From the NCBI GenBank assembly GCA_049999805.1, contig JBNGIO010002532.1, forward strand, positions 1 through 37,324: a stretch of 37,324 bases of DNA. The letters run 5' to 3'. This DNA comes from Folioceros fuciformis (taxonomy: Eukaryota). Of the stretch, positions 1-12,100 are shown piece after piece. A model generated the notes under the pieces. The model was not told where the DNA came from. It saw only the letters and a list, made by a program, of their open reading frames with translations, and made no database searches. The position numbers and the translations under genes are program-made. Each line of letters begins with the position of its first letter. The stretch's first letter is position 1.

Positions 1-532
1 GCAACGTTCATACGCGTGTGGAATCTGCACAGGGTAAGGAAGATGGTTTGTCAAGACAGGGACATACCTAGTCATGTGCCTGCGGAGGCATTCCAGGAGG
101 CAGAGCGACTATCAGGGCATGCGCCTACAGGACATGTTGTGGACGTGGGTGGAGGATGATTGCACCATGTGGACATGGCGAGCAATTCTTCTACTGCGCA
201 AACTGTTTGTGGATGAGGGGGGAGCAAATGCGTAGCTTGTGCCAAATGTTTGTGAAGGAGTGGGGGAGGAACTGCGCAGCCATGGCAGACATTAGGTGAC
301 TTGTTGGTCTGTGAAGGGATGGGGGCTAGAGGTAGAGAAAAAGGATAGTGGCAAGTGTGTCAGATTTTGTGTGAAGCAGTATGTACGTACGTAAGGGCCA
401 GAAGCCTGAACCCAAACACTGTGTGTGCTTCCGCTTTGCAGCTGTGGGGGCAGTACATCAGGCTGCCCGGCATTGTGGCACCTGCAATTCCAGCGTCGCA
501 TGCGTGCAAATTCATCCTTGTTTGAGGCGTGC

Positions 533-925
533 GCGCCCCTCGAATAACAGAGTCACAACTATGGTAGAGGCGGTTGCGAGCTGAACCCGTGTGACAGTGC
601 TTGAGACCGAGGGGAATAAGCTTTGTGAAGTTGCTTAACCTTGGGTACTTCCCTCATCGGACAGAGCTGAATGCTGCGAAAAATTGTTTGACTTGCTGAA
701 CAGTCCATTGGCCTGAATCACATGTCCTCTCTCCCGCTGGAGATGGGCTGTGTAATAGCGGTGGCCACTCTTGACTTGCATGGCAACCATCTCACAGTGT
801 TTCCCGTGGAGGCTTGCTCCTTGCGACTCACAATTGAAGACTTGTCCAACAAGAACTTGGCAGGTTTGCCGGCAGCACTTGGGAAGATGAGAACCTTACG
901 GAAGCTGGTACTTGCAGGGAATCTG
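533..925 (+). pseudogene. Degenerate leucine-rich-repeat gene fragment (LRRC40-like intracellular LRR), probably a processed pseudogene
   Basis: Reads SNNRVTTMVEAVAS*TRVTVLETEGNKL (stops at 582-584 and 636-638), frameshifts to [12 protein letters not shown] (stop 697-699), then [60 protein letters not shown]. These are LxxLxLxxN repeats with stops and frameshifts and no visible introns. The family assignment is from recalled similarity. Confidence 0.7.
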
Positions 926-1840
926 GAAGCGGGTACTTACACCTAAACCCTTACGGTCTGTAGATGAACACCTTTGTTCCTCAAGTTCCTAATAAGCAGG
1001 CTGCCGGTGCCAGACGTGGCCAGCACTGCAGCTATTGCCTCTGGCAATGTTTTCGGGGCAAATGTACAAGAGGCAATGGTTATGGCATGAAGGCAGGCAA
1101 TCTCGTTCAAGGTATTCTCACTCGCAAGGATGAAACTAGAGTAATCCACTACCGAAGTACCCTAAACCCATTCCAGGGACGAAAGTGTGCAGCGTGGCAG
1201 TGCACAAAATCCCGCGCAAATGTATGCACCAATGCACCGCAAGCGAAGTCCACGTGTCGCACAGCGACCATTTTCACCGCTACCTCAATAAGAGATTGAG
1301 AGGATTCGGACCCTACCACCTACAATTTCCCTGCCAGCAGTTGATCCTCCCGTACACACGATACCACCAAGCCCGCCTCATCATAACATCCGTTAGCCCC
1401 TAAACCTTGAAATGCACTCTTCTGTGAAGAACTCGCCATCGAAGGGAATGCCTGTTGCAGCGACCATGACCACCGTCACGGAACCACCTGACTGACGAAA
1501 TCTAAACAGCAGGCATAGCCAGCTCGCAGTGCATGTCTCCCAGGCGTAAGGCAACTTGCTTGCTCATCTGCGCCGTCCCGAGCCCCACCCAAGACACAGT
1601 TGTCATCGTGGTGACCTTACCAATCCTGCATACAGCTGGACATGAACAAGTTGCAGTGAGAAACCCGGAACCCAGTACTGTGAGTTGCAACAAGAACAGC
1701 CGCGACCTCTGACGTGTATTGCAATAACCCACCAGAGGAACTCCAGTCGACATAAGTGAATGTGTTGCAAGTGCGAAGTCCATTTGTGGCTTGCATCGGG
1801 AGGGCGTAGGGGCTTTCTGTATGCACCACGAAAGCAAAGC

Positions 1841-1921
1841 TTAGCAGCCGACAGCTGGCAAGAAACACACAAACAATAAGGTTAGCAGCCGAGGGCCGGC
1901 AAAAAACACACAAACAATAAG
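1841..1921. repeat. Tandem duplication, ~41 bp x2
   Basis: ttagcagccgacagctggcaagaaacacacaaacaataag (1841-1880) and ttagcagccgagggccggcaaaaaacacacaaacaataag (1882-1921). Confidence 0.85.
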
Positions 1922-3440
1922 GCCTCGACAACATTGTTCAGCGTATATTTGTGACCCGTTTTTCGCGAGGCTATCAATGACGAGGTGGAGGGTGTTGGCA
2001 AGAAGGGGGAGGGGGGGCGGAGGGAAAGCGTGTGCGTCGGAAGGGACAAGGCAGGCCAAACCCTAAACCCCAAGCACGAAAGGCAGAGAATGAGCGGCGA
2101 GAGATTTGGCTAGGCTGGTGGTAGCTTTTTCTTGGATCCGCGGAAACGTGTTTGAAGTGGCCTCAGACAAGTTTTTCCAGATGCATGTGTCAAATGTCCA
2201 CTTTGGTTTTCGCCTCCAAACTCGCGTACGTCCCAAAGGGGACACTCAATGGGTGTGTTCTAAAAAAATTGTAGAGAGAGGGGGCGTGTCCGCTTTGGTA
2301 TGCCATACGGTCGACGTCGGCAGTTCGTGGGCCGATGTGAAACGTGCCGGGTTTGCCACAGCTTACTGGAAACGGGCCCGGTTTGAACGGCAGATGCTGT
2401 GGACGGGAGGCTAAACCGTCATGCGTTCACACCGAAATCGTTTTTAATTACTACATACTTAATGTTTTTTGTACAACCGGTGAAGGTGGAGCACTGACCA
2501 GTGGCAACCGGTCGCACATGGCAAACGTTTGCTGGTCAGCTGTCCCATCACGGAGTGAATGTGAAGGAAGTGCACGCTATTTTGTGAGCCGCATGCCAAG
2601 ATCTCTCATTCTCAGCAAAACGATGGAGGAAGTGATGTTTCATGGCACGCCGTCCTTTCAATCAGCGCTTGTAAATCGTACTCTTGGCTTGGGAACTTCG
2701 ACGGTCTTGAAGCTTAGCGACCTCGGCTGGACACTTTTCGTGATTGGTTTTCAATGAGAGCTCTTGTACCTCAAGAAAAAAGTATATGGAGAGAAATAGA
2801 GTAAATTAGTGTTGATGACCATCTCACAGGTCAGTAAAGGGAAAACACCTAAAAAAGCAGTACATAACCGTATGTATAAAAATAAATATAAAAATTCGTT
2901 AAAAAGGGCGGGAAATGGAGAGTTTAGTGATCCATCGCAATCCACGGTTAGGATTGAGCAAAGCGACATTTCGAAATACGATTCTGCTCTACTTTCATTG
3001 GAGGCATTGTTCGGTGTTTAAGAACTGTGCAAAGCAGCCAACAACATGGTTTCCGCCGACAATTACATCCTCCTCTGCGCGAGTCAACCGTATTGTTGAA
3101 GAAGCCCCGGCGGGCAGCGGCCTCTATCCTATCTCTAATTGTTACTGCCGCTATATCTCTGTCTCTAACCTAATTCCAGACACCTAATCAAAATTCTCGT
3201 AATACGAGGTGGGCAGAATACTACTCGCCGTCAGATAATTTCCTGTGTCTGGCCCAAAAAATTGCTGGATCAGTATTAAAAACCTTGTCATTTAAGACAT
3301 CCAAACCTTTTGCCCAAACATATGCCACATTCATCCCAACAAAATTGTTCAAGCAAAAACTTGCTCTCCGCTGTAATCCACCTTGTCGATAAAGTCTTGG
3401 CACTGACCCACGTCCCAATCCAACAACATGCAGCAGAAAC

Positions 3441-5102
3441 TTATCCCTGTGCCTGGGAATAGAGGAAAGTTCCAAGAATCGCAATAGCAGCACCCACGGC
3501 ATTAACTGGTCGCACTGCTGTGCGGAACACTATAATAGATGCCACGATGACAGTCACTCGCTTCATGGTATTGCCGATGCTGAAGGTAAGTGGTGAAATC
3601 TCATTCAGCGACATGTAAGATACTTGGTTGTACAAGTGATAGAACACACTCTGGGCAGCCACCCACCTGCATCACGTTTAAAGAGCAACGTCAGCAAATC
3701 GACCAGCAAGTGTCATTTTCACACGATCCACAACATCAGAAACATGTAGAACGTGCCACACTGCAAAAGAACCTTGTAGAACGTGACATGCCACAGAAAA
3801 ACATAAGAGAACAAGACTTGTGACATACCACATGAATTGTTGACCAACTGATTGAATAGCAGATTGCCATCCTGTTGCCCAAAGCTTAGGGCCTTCCATC
3901 GCAAACGCAAACGGTGTTAAAAATACCAGTGACATCATGCATAGACATGCATAGTAGTTCATGCCTCCCACAGCCTTCCCTTTCATTCCTTTCTTGGAGG
4001 CAATGTTGCGGCCTACGAAAGCAATATTAGAGATCATTGCACCCATGAACCCTGCAAGATGCACCTCCTGAAAGTTAGTCTCCCTAACCCACATCTTAAA
4101 AATCAGGTGGCTTCAAAAGTTAAGTTGTAAGCAGTACCTGTCATGTTGAAGTTAAGTTCGGTTGCGGCTGCCAGACAACACCCTCCAACAATTGGCAGAA
4201 GCGACAAGTATACAGGTGTTGGGAAAGTTTCTCCCAAGAAAAACCGCTGGATTAGAACACTGAAAGCAGGCTCTGCGCTTTTGATGATGTGCGTGAAAGA
4301 TACTGCCACCTTAGACATACTTACAGTAGCTGCAACGTGGCCAATTGTATGGGCAAGTGCCACCTGCAGCAACATCAGAATGATTTGGATTCAGAGACAG
4401 CATGGGAAGCTGATCAACTTTTGCAAAGATAAATCCAAGCCTCTTGCCACATCCGCCTACTAAGGCAGGACAGACGGTGAGATGGCTTACCGGAGCAAGC
4501 GCCTTCCAGAAGTTGATATCGACATCCGGAACTTCAACAATCCTTAAAGCCCAGGAAGCAAGCATAATCACAGACCCCGCAGCAAGTGAAAGGGTAGACG
4601 TCAACCATGGACAGGGAAAGATGTTTAAGACTTTCTTGTTGTAGATGTTGAACACAACGTTCAGCGACCACCATAAAGCAAAATACAGGCCAATCTTAAG
4701 CCTCTGGGTAGTAGCTCTGGGTGCTTCCTGTTCGTTGGTAGCGGGAACTCCTGTAGGCCGGAAAGCATCTGATGTGCTAGCATCGTAAGCCTTGGCCTCC
4801 ACGGACAGGAAAGCTGCACCCCGCTTTTTTTCACCCAGGAGTCTTCGGAGGGGCTTCAAGGACTTGCCGGAGAAGAAAGGACTGAACCCCAAATCGGAGG
4901 ACCCTCTGAAGGAATTTGTCAGGCTGATTTTGAGAGCAGACCTCAGCCTCGGTGCAGCCACGGAATAAAAGGAGGTAGAGGTTGCCTCAGCCCCGCATCT
5001 GCAGTGCTGCCATGACGAAGATCCAAGCTGCATCAAGGAGGACCCACCAAGTCCCACTGCCCTGTGATCCGTAGCCTTGCCAGCTATGCTTCGGCTCAAC
5101 AT
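3441..5102 (-). CDS. GPT: Plastid glucose-6-phosphate/phosphate translocator (pPT family), ~428 aa
   Basis: Exons 5102-4491, 4363-4138, 4051-3829, 3666-3441 (GT-AG introns; 1287 nt, frame closes). Ser/Arg-rich transit peptide followed by LKIGLYFALWWSLNVVFNIYNKKVLN, HTIGHVAATVSMSKVAVSFTHIIKSAEPAFS, GGMNYYACL, FYHLYNQVSYMSL, SPLTFSIGNTMKR. Confidence 0.96.
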
Positions 5103-5160
5103 TGTATCCGCTGCTCAATCGATCCCGCCACACACTCCGAAAGGATTGCAGCCCTCAAGC

Positions 5161-5696
5161 CTACAAAAACTTTTGTCAACGAAGTCACAGTGAGCTGAGC
5201 TGACAAGTAAGCAAACCGAGACGCACGCACCTAATTCAATCACGAATCACAAACCTCTCCTCAAAACCACCAACAGCAACCAGCCAGTCGCATGCTCCAC
5301 AAGCCCGCCTTCACAGAGTCTCCCAACAAAACAGGGCTCCACAAACCAAACCTCATCCGACCGAGACAGCGCCGCAAGCAGTGGAGTGCCAGATTGCAGC
5401 GCCATGCATCCAAAACAGGGGAGCTAACACAATCCAACGACGAAATAAACCCCCGAGCTGCCAGAAGCTTTCGAGAAGTTGCATGTCACAGAAGGAAAGC
5501 TGAATGCAGCCCCTCACAAGCAAATCAAACTGACTCGTCACAACACGAAGGTGCCCAAGAGGAAACCCACGCGGGAACTACACAACTCCATACCAACCCA
5601 GACTCCGTGAACAGCCCTCGGAAACAAAAATTGTGTCCCCCAGACAGCCTACACAAACACAAATCGTCGATGGAAGCAGAACGCTCCCGCGCATAC
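5161..5696 (-). other. Putative 5'-UTR intron of GPT
   Basis: On the minus strand, donor G|GTATGC at 5696 and acceptor GTTTTTGTAG| at 5161, with a T/G-rich interior, between the TATA-like box and the ATG. Inferred from splice signals only. Confidence 0.4.
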
Positions 5697-6027
5697 CAAA
5701 CCAATTCGAGGAACGAAATCCACCAGCTTCGGACGCCCAGGAAATTGCGTAGATGAAGAAAGAAGTTGTGCCAGCACCCCCAATTTTTCGAGGGAAGAAG
5801 GACAGACTGGCGCAGCAGGAACGCTACAGCGCGCTGTGTTTGACGCCTGGTCGGCCGGGAGCTGTGAAGCCGGAAGTTGGGCACACACGTCGGGAACTTC
5901 CTCCTACGCTTTACATAGACGCGAAGCGGGAGGAGTGAAGAGAGAGGCGAGCCAGCAGAGCAGCCAGCAAGCCTGGTTCGCACGCTCCGGGCAGCCGAGT
6001 CTGGCCACCCCTGGCCAAATGGACACC

Positions 6028-6034
6028 ATTTATA
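6028..6034 (-). promoter_or_regulatory. TATA box candidate for GPT
   Basis: TATAAAT on the minus strand, followed ~90 nt downstream by a CT-rich leader-like tract. Confidence 0.4.
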
Positions 6035-6192
6035 ACAACAAAAGGCTGGGATTAAGCATTCTGTTACTCAGATCGAACTCTGGAGCTAGTCTCTAGGCTA
6101 GGTCTAGCATGGTATCCATTGTAAAGTATCGAATTCCACGACGGAAATCCCACGATGGTGTTACTTTTCACATTTTTCCCCAACGCGGACGC

Positions 6193-6860
6193 AAACTTTT
6201 CTCCCACGGCCCTGCCATCGCTCCCCGAAGCTGGGAGGTTCGGACTCTGTCGGGACTCACGGAGTATTAGCTCATGCATAACCCTAATTAGGGTTCTTTT
6301 AATCCGCGTTTTGTAGTGTGGAAGGCCGCTTGCAGTTGCAGCTCACCTCCTTAGTGAACTCCATTATAGAATTGTTCTTCCTGAACTCTTTCGTCCCTAG
6401 TGGACTCTTCTTCTTCTAGGGTCCTAGAAGCCCATCCTGACCGTATTGAGCCGGCCCGGTATTGGCCACGGGCCTGACGAGGCGGCCGCGGTGGCGCAGG
6501 CTGCTGGTTCCACCAACTCGCCACCTACCCTCCCCAGTCACTGCGCCCGGTTGCGTCGACATGGCGCACAAATGTCGCCAGCGTCACCGTCCCAGCCGGT
6601 GTCTGACCGACACCTCTCCACCTCGGGAGATCGCGGGATTCGGTTTCACCGCGAGCCAGCCCGTCCATGTGTCCCGGTAGGTGGCCGGGTTTTGGTACGA
6701 TACATATTTGAAACTTTTCCCCCAATCCACCTCGCCCCCCGAAGCTGCCGGGTTCGGACACTGTGTGGAGACTCGCGGGGTATTAGCAATGGCATAACCC
6801 TCATTAGGAGTTTTTTTTCGGTCTGCCTTCTGTAGGGCGGAAGGCCGCTTGAAGCTCGCC
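6193..6860. repeat. Degenerate ~150 bp direct repeat (copies 6193-6347 and 6711-6860)
   Basis: Shared collinear blocks: aaactttt, ccccgaagctg..ggttcggac, gactc.cgg.gtattagc, gcataaccct.attagg, tgtag.g.ggaaggccgcttg, agctc.cc. Confidence 0.8.
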
Positions 6861-9148
6861 GCAGCAAGCGGCTCTTGCGTGCATGCCAAGGGCCAGAATC
6901 GGTTTGTGAAAGACGTGTTGCGATGGCTCGCATGGCAGGGTGTGCATACAGTTGTTGCACAACAAATGCTATATAATGCATGGAAGAGAAAAGGGTGTGG
7001 GGCACGCTACCAAATTGCAATGTGTGTACGTAAGTTGTGAAGGAACGATGTGATGCAGCCAGGATGAAGGAGCCGGGAGGTCCATCTGCCCGGGTGCTGG
7101 AAGAGGCGGAGAAGGGGGGCGGCAGTGGTGTGGTCTCGAGACTGGGGACAGACCTGGAGATGTCAATGTCGTGAGGCCGATCAACTACGAGAAGCAATGA
7201 TGCAAGAGTGCGGGTTCCAGCGCCAGGAGGAGGCAGTCTGGCAGGGAAGAGGGTGGATGGGCCCCGGCCCTCCGGTTGTGGAACAGCCAGAGGCAGACTC
7301 AGAGGCAGAGTCAGAGGCAGAGATTCTCGTGGGGACAAGTTTGCTCAGCACATTCTTGGTGCCTGGAAAGCGAAGGCAAAGAAGACGAGGAGGAGCGAGG
7401 TTTCCGTGATGGACAGGGAATATGCGCACATGTTGTAAATGGGAACCGTGGCGACGGGACGGGCGGGCCAGGGCATATACTGGGGCCAATAGTGGGAGGT
7501 GATGGGAGGTGATGGCAGGAGCATCTGGCCTGCTGTAGCCTGGAGTCGTGAGCTGCGGGGCTGTATCCACCGTTCAGTGCTTCTGGTGAGAGAAGCTGCT
7601 GCGCTATAGTTCGTTACAGTACCGTTGGCAGTTGTTGGGGTCTCGGGGCTACAACAGAGACACCTCCGGCTGTGGGGGTGACACCTGGTGGTGGTGTGCT
7701 GCCGACAATGCCGGGTGACGACAAGGTGCAGGTAGAGAACCCTCTTCTTGGAGCACACAGGGAATACGGCAGCAAAGTGACGAGTGCTCTCTCTCTCTCG
7801 TCACGAGGCCGCCTGGACGCTACAGTCCAAGGATGCGGGCTCTTTCCAGTTCACACCCTCAGACTCTGATCATGGCGATGGCCGGTGAGGATGTAGCCGA
7901 GCAGCTGGCAGCTGGCCCCAACGCCGCGTCGCTGATGATTGCTATGGGCAGCAGCCTAAAACCTACTTGTATCCTTCTGGGAAGAAGAGCAGGAATCTTT
8001 CAGTGGGATTGTTGGATTACTTGGTGATCCGTGTTACCACTTGTCTCGCCTCCTGGTTGCTAAGTGTCCTTGCTGGTACTGTACTCATAGGTGAGGGCCG
8101 CTTTCGGAGCAACAGCAGGTGAACTTGGTCATCTTCGTCACGGATCTTAGGGGCTTACGCAATACACCTCAGTCTGCTCGGTATATGGACCCTTGCTACC
8201 TTGGCATTCCCGATAATCCACGGCGCCCAAGCATCGGAGCGAATGACGCTCTTAGCACGAGCTTTGTCCTATCTCGAGCAGCTTGCTCCGGCGGGGTTAC
8301 AGACCAAGGAGTCTGATGATTCCTATGATTAGCAACAATTTTGTTGCGGTCATCATCTCGTCTTAGACAGCGGGCCGGTACCGTCTACAGCCCGGTGGGG
8401 TGGACCTCTCCACCATACAGTATGAATATTTCCTAAGGAAAGGAAAGGACGAGACAACGACCAGGAACATGAACCCAACATGCGCGGCACTCTTGTCTTA
8501 TTCTGCAATTCGGTCTCCTTGACGTCCGTTGTCTCGTTGCGAGTACTTTTACAGTTGCCTTCATCTAGTTCGTGCAGAGAGTGGGAACAATTCCCGAGAG
8601 GATTTTTGCTGGATTTTTAGATGCGGGTTCGCTTTTCACGTGTGCCTACTATGCACATCTCATCCATCAACGCACATACTGTGTAGCATTGCGGTTCTAG
8701 AGCTGGAGTCACCAATTCGTGATATTCCAACTGCTTTTCAAGTCTCCGGCATTTTAGTCTCACAACAAAATGCCTTGCTCGCAAGAAGATAACGGTACGG
8801 GAAACGAGGCTCCCCAATTGTTCTCTCGATTTCTATCTAGAGATGCGCACACTTCCTGCCCAACCACACAGTCTTGTAGTAGAAGAGAGTGAACCTGGGG
8901 TCTACTTCCGTTACTTGAAGGGAATTCGTTGAGGAATTCCAGCTGTAGCTCGAGTCTCTGTCCATCTCGTACAGTTATCCAAGTCTGAACAGGACGATAT
9001 CGGTAAGCAACAAGCACTGGAATGATCCACAGTTCGTATCGTCGTGTGATGTCGTGACCGGATTCCACGTTTGAATAATTGTACATATTTACAGCGCTGC
9101 TGACCTTATGACAAGTGTACATATTAAGGTACAAAACCTCACGCCATG

Positions 9149-12100
9149 CTATATGCTAAGCTTAGGCCTCAAGTCGTGGGGAGCAAAAGGGGCAGTGAAT
9201 TGATCCGAACATGCCATTCGTATTCTTTCTGGCGTTGCAGGTGAGTCGAGCACAAAGTGTCCTTCCAACCCACTCTCTTTTCTTGCGGCTGCAATGGCAT
9301 CCTTGATAGCAAAGAGGACTGAGGAGGCAAGAAATAATGGCGGCTCTCCCACTGCCTTAGATGAATGGATGGCTTTTGGATTTGGAGCATCCTGCAAACA
9401 CGAAGCTTGCTTGAAAGGCAGTGGCACGGATCTAAACAAGATTACAGTGAACCAATTCTCACCTTCAATAATGATACACGAAAATCAATAGGTATGTCAT
9501 TTGCCGAGGGCAATTTGTAAGTTCCTGGTCCTTGCGTGAAAAGCTGCCCAGGTCTAATCCATGGATGCGCAGGGTCTCCCCACTTGAGTTCCTCCAAAGC
9601 CACTAGTCCCAAGCCTTGAATAAAAGCACCTTCCACCTGCACAAGGGGATACGACATTTTCAGATCCTGCAACTTGAGCTATTCCACAGAGCATGGATAG
9701 CCGGTGTCACCTGGCCAACGTCAATCGCTGGATTCAGAGAGTCGCCCAAATCCATGACTACGTCCACCCGTCGTGTATGGAAATCTCCAGACAATGCATC
9801 AATTTCCACCTCGGCAAACGCAGCACCATATGTATAATATGCGAAGGGCCTCCCTTTGCCCACAGAAAAGTCAAACCCTATGTCTGGGGTAATGTAGAAT
9901 CCGTGAGCTGATAGATCAATGCGCTCCATGCAGCAAACCTCTGCCAGCTGCAAGGGCGTAAGATACCAATAATGTCAGATACTTGTCAACGCAGATCTTA
10001 ACGATCAGCCTTTCACCTTGACTGCAACTGTTCATAGTTACCTCAGCGAACGAGGAATGCTCCCCTTTGGAAGCAATTGGTTCCATCCTAGATTTTAGCT
10101 GCTGGCAAGCATCAAGTACTGCTCCTCCATACAGATCTGCACTTGCAGAGGCTGCCGTCGGTGATGCATTTGGGACCTGAGATGAGGAGGATATAAGAAG
10201 TCACCACCCGATACGAACTAACGATGTACACATGATCCTTTTAACCACTTTATGCGCAGCGCATTCTACAAACAGTGACAAGTCACATGCAAGCCCACAA
10301 AGAACAACCCTTCTTACCTTATCTGTGCTAGTCTCTGAAATAAAGACCGAATCCACAGATATGCCAAACACGCTAGCAGCTATTTGAGCCATTTTCGTAT
10401 GAAGGCCTTGCCCCATCTCCACTCCACCATGAGTAACCAGAACCGTACCATCCGTGTAAACTTGCACCAATGCCCCAGCCTGAATCCCATGCATCATAAT
10501 CAGAGCACTTAACAGCAGAGCACCATCCCTCTCCGAAAATTTGTTCGGACACATGCTCCCTCGACAGATAGCAAACACAATGCAAACTACCATGTAAAAG
10601 GAAAATCCCGCTCAGTTTTCACACCTGGTTGAGAAATTTGGTTGTGAACGATATCCCAAACTTAGTTGGAACCATTGCGACACCTCGCTTTTTCCACCGG
10701 TGCTCCAAATTGAACGTTGCACCCTCTGCACACCTGGTGTCGAAGTCACAAGAAACACGCAATTCTTCCCATACTCGCTGCAACCTACAGTCATCCAAGC
10801 GCTGACCATAATGAAGCACGTAGCCTTCCTCCTGAAAATTCAGCTCCTGCCAGAAACAACGCATGATTCACTGCACTTCGTGCTGAAAACAGCATCACCA
10901 CGAGTCAACTGACGTGAGGTGACTGTGACTAACTCTTATGGCCTCTGGTCGTCTCCCGAGAGTGCGAGCAATATGCTCGATCCAGTTCTCAGTTATGAGC
11001 ATTCCTTGAGGACCACCAAAGCCTCGGAAAGCAGTGTTGCTTGCCAGATTTGTGTAACACACGTTTCCTTTGACATGCATATTTGGAATGACATACACAT
11101 TGTCGGAATGAAACATCGCACGTTCCAGAACCGAAAATGACAAGTCCAGGGAGTTTCCTCCATTGCTGTATATTTCAAGGTCCAACGCCTGAATTTTGCC
11201 CTCCTTTGTGAATCCGACCTGAGCAACAAAACAGAAAAGTCGCAGTGCTCTGGAATCAGAATCAAGCAGCCAATTCCCAACGTCATCCCCAGCATCCTTG
11301 TCCTAAAGGAAGGCCAGGGAAAGAAAGAGATGAAGCCGGTACTGCAATCATACCTTGTATTTCCCAAGAAAGGGATGCCTCTGACCACTTATCAGCATAT
11401 CAACGTCTCTGTCCAAAGTTATACGAACTGGCCTTCGTAACAAATAAGCAGGAACAGAAGCCACAGCAGCAATGAAGGCTGATCTGGTTTCTTTGCCTCC
11501 AAAGCCTCCCCCAATCCGCTTGGTCTTACAAACCACTTTATTCATAGGAAGGCCCAAGACGTGTGCAACATATTTTTGGTGCTTCTGTGGTGACTGTCAA
11601 CAGCACATAGCGTAGTCAGTGATAACCCTGGCAGGCCACAATAAGGCAGCGACACAGCTTGACTCAGCACGCTTCACACCTGAGTCGAGGATATCATATG
11701 CACTTCGTTTCCACCATCGGCGGTCCACACCAACGAGCAATTGGGCTCGAGATAAAAGTGCTCTTGACCGCCCACTTGTACTTTGCCCTCTCTAACATAC
11801 TCACATTCACCACTTTGGAAACAACGGTCTGCATCTCCATCATGGAGCACTCGAGCCGTAGTAGGAAAAAAACTTTTCGCCTCTAAGGCATCTTCAATGC
11901 TCAAGATCGCTGGTAACTCTTCATAGCTGACTTTCACTTTCTGAGCAGCAAGCTTGGCACTCTCGTATGTGTTGGCAACGACCACACCGATCACCTGTAG
12001 CACAGAGGAGTACGAGTTACCCAAAAGCATTTCCTGAAGGCAGACACCACAGTAGAACGAACAATGCGAAGCTCTGCCTCCAATCACCTGACCAACAGTT

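Noticed and set aside
3221-3452. Extra GC-AG intron after FLYSQ in GPT with a tiny terminal exon
   Set aside because: I found no downstream acceptor giving an AK-like ending. Reading through gives AQG* at the expected protein length.
6646-7338. 230-aa minus-strand ORF in the GC-rich block
   Set aside because: Low-complexity Pro/Ser/Leu-rich translation, as expected from GC-rich repeat DNA. No domain or splice support.
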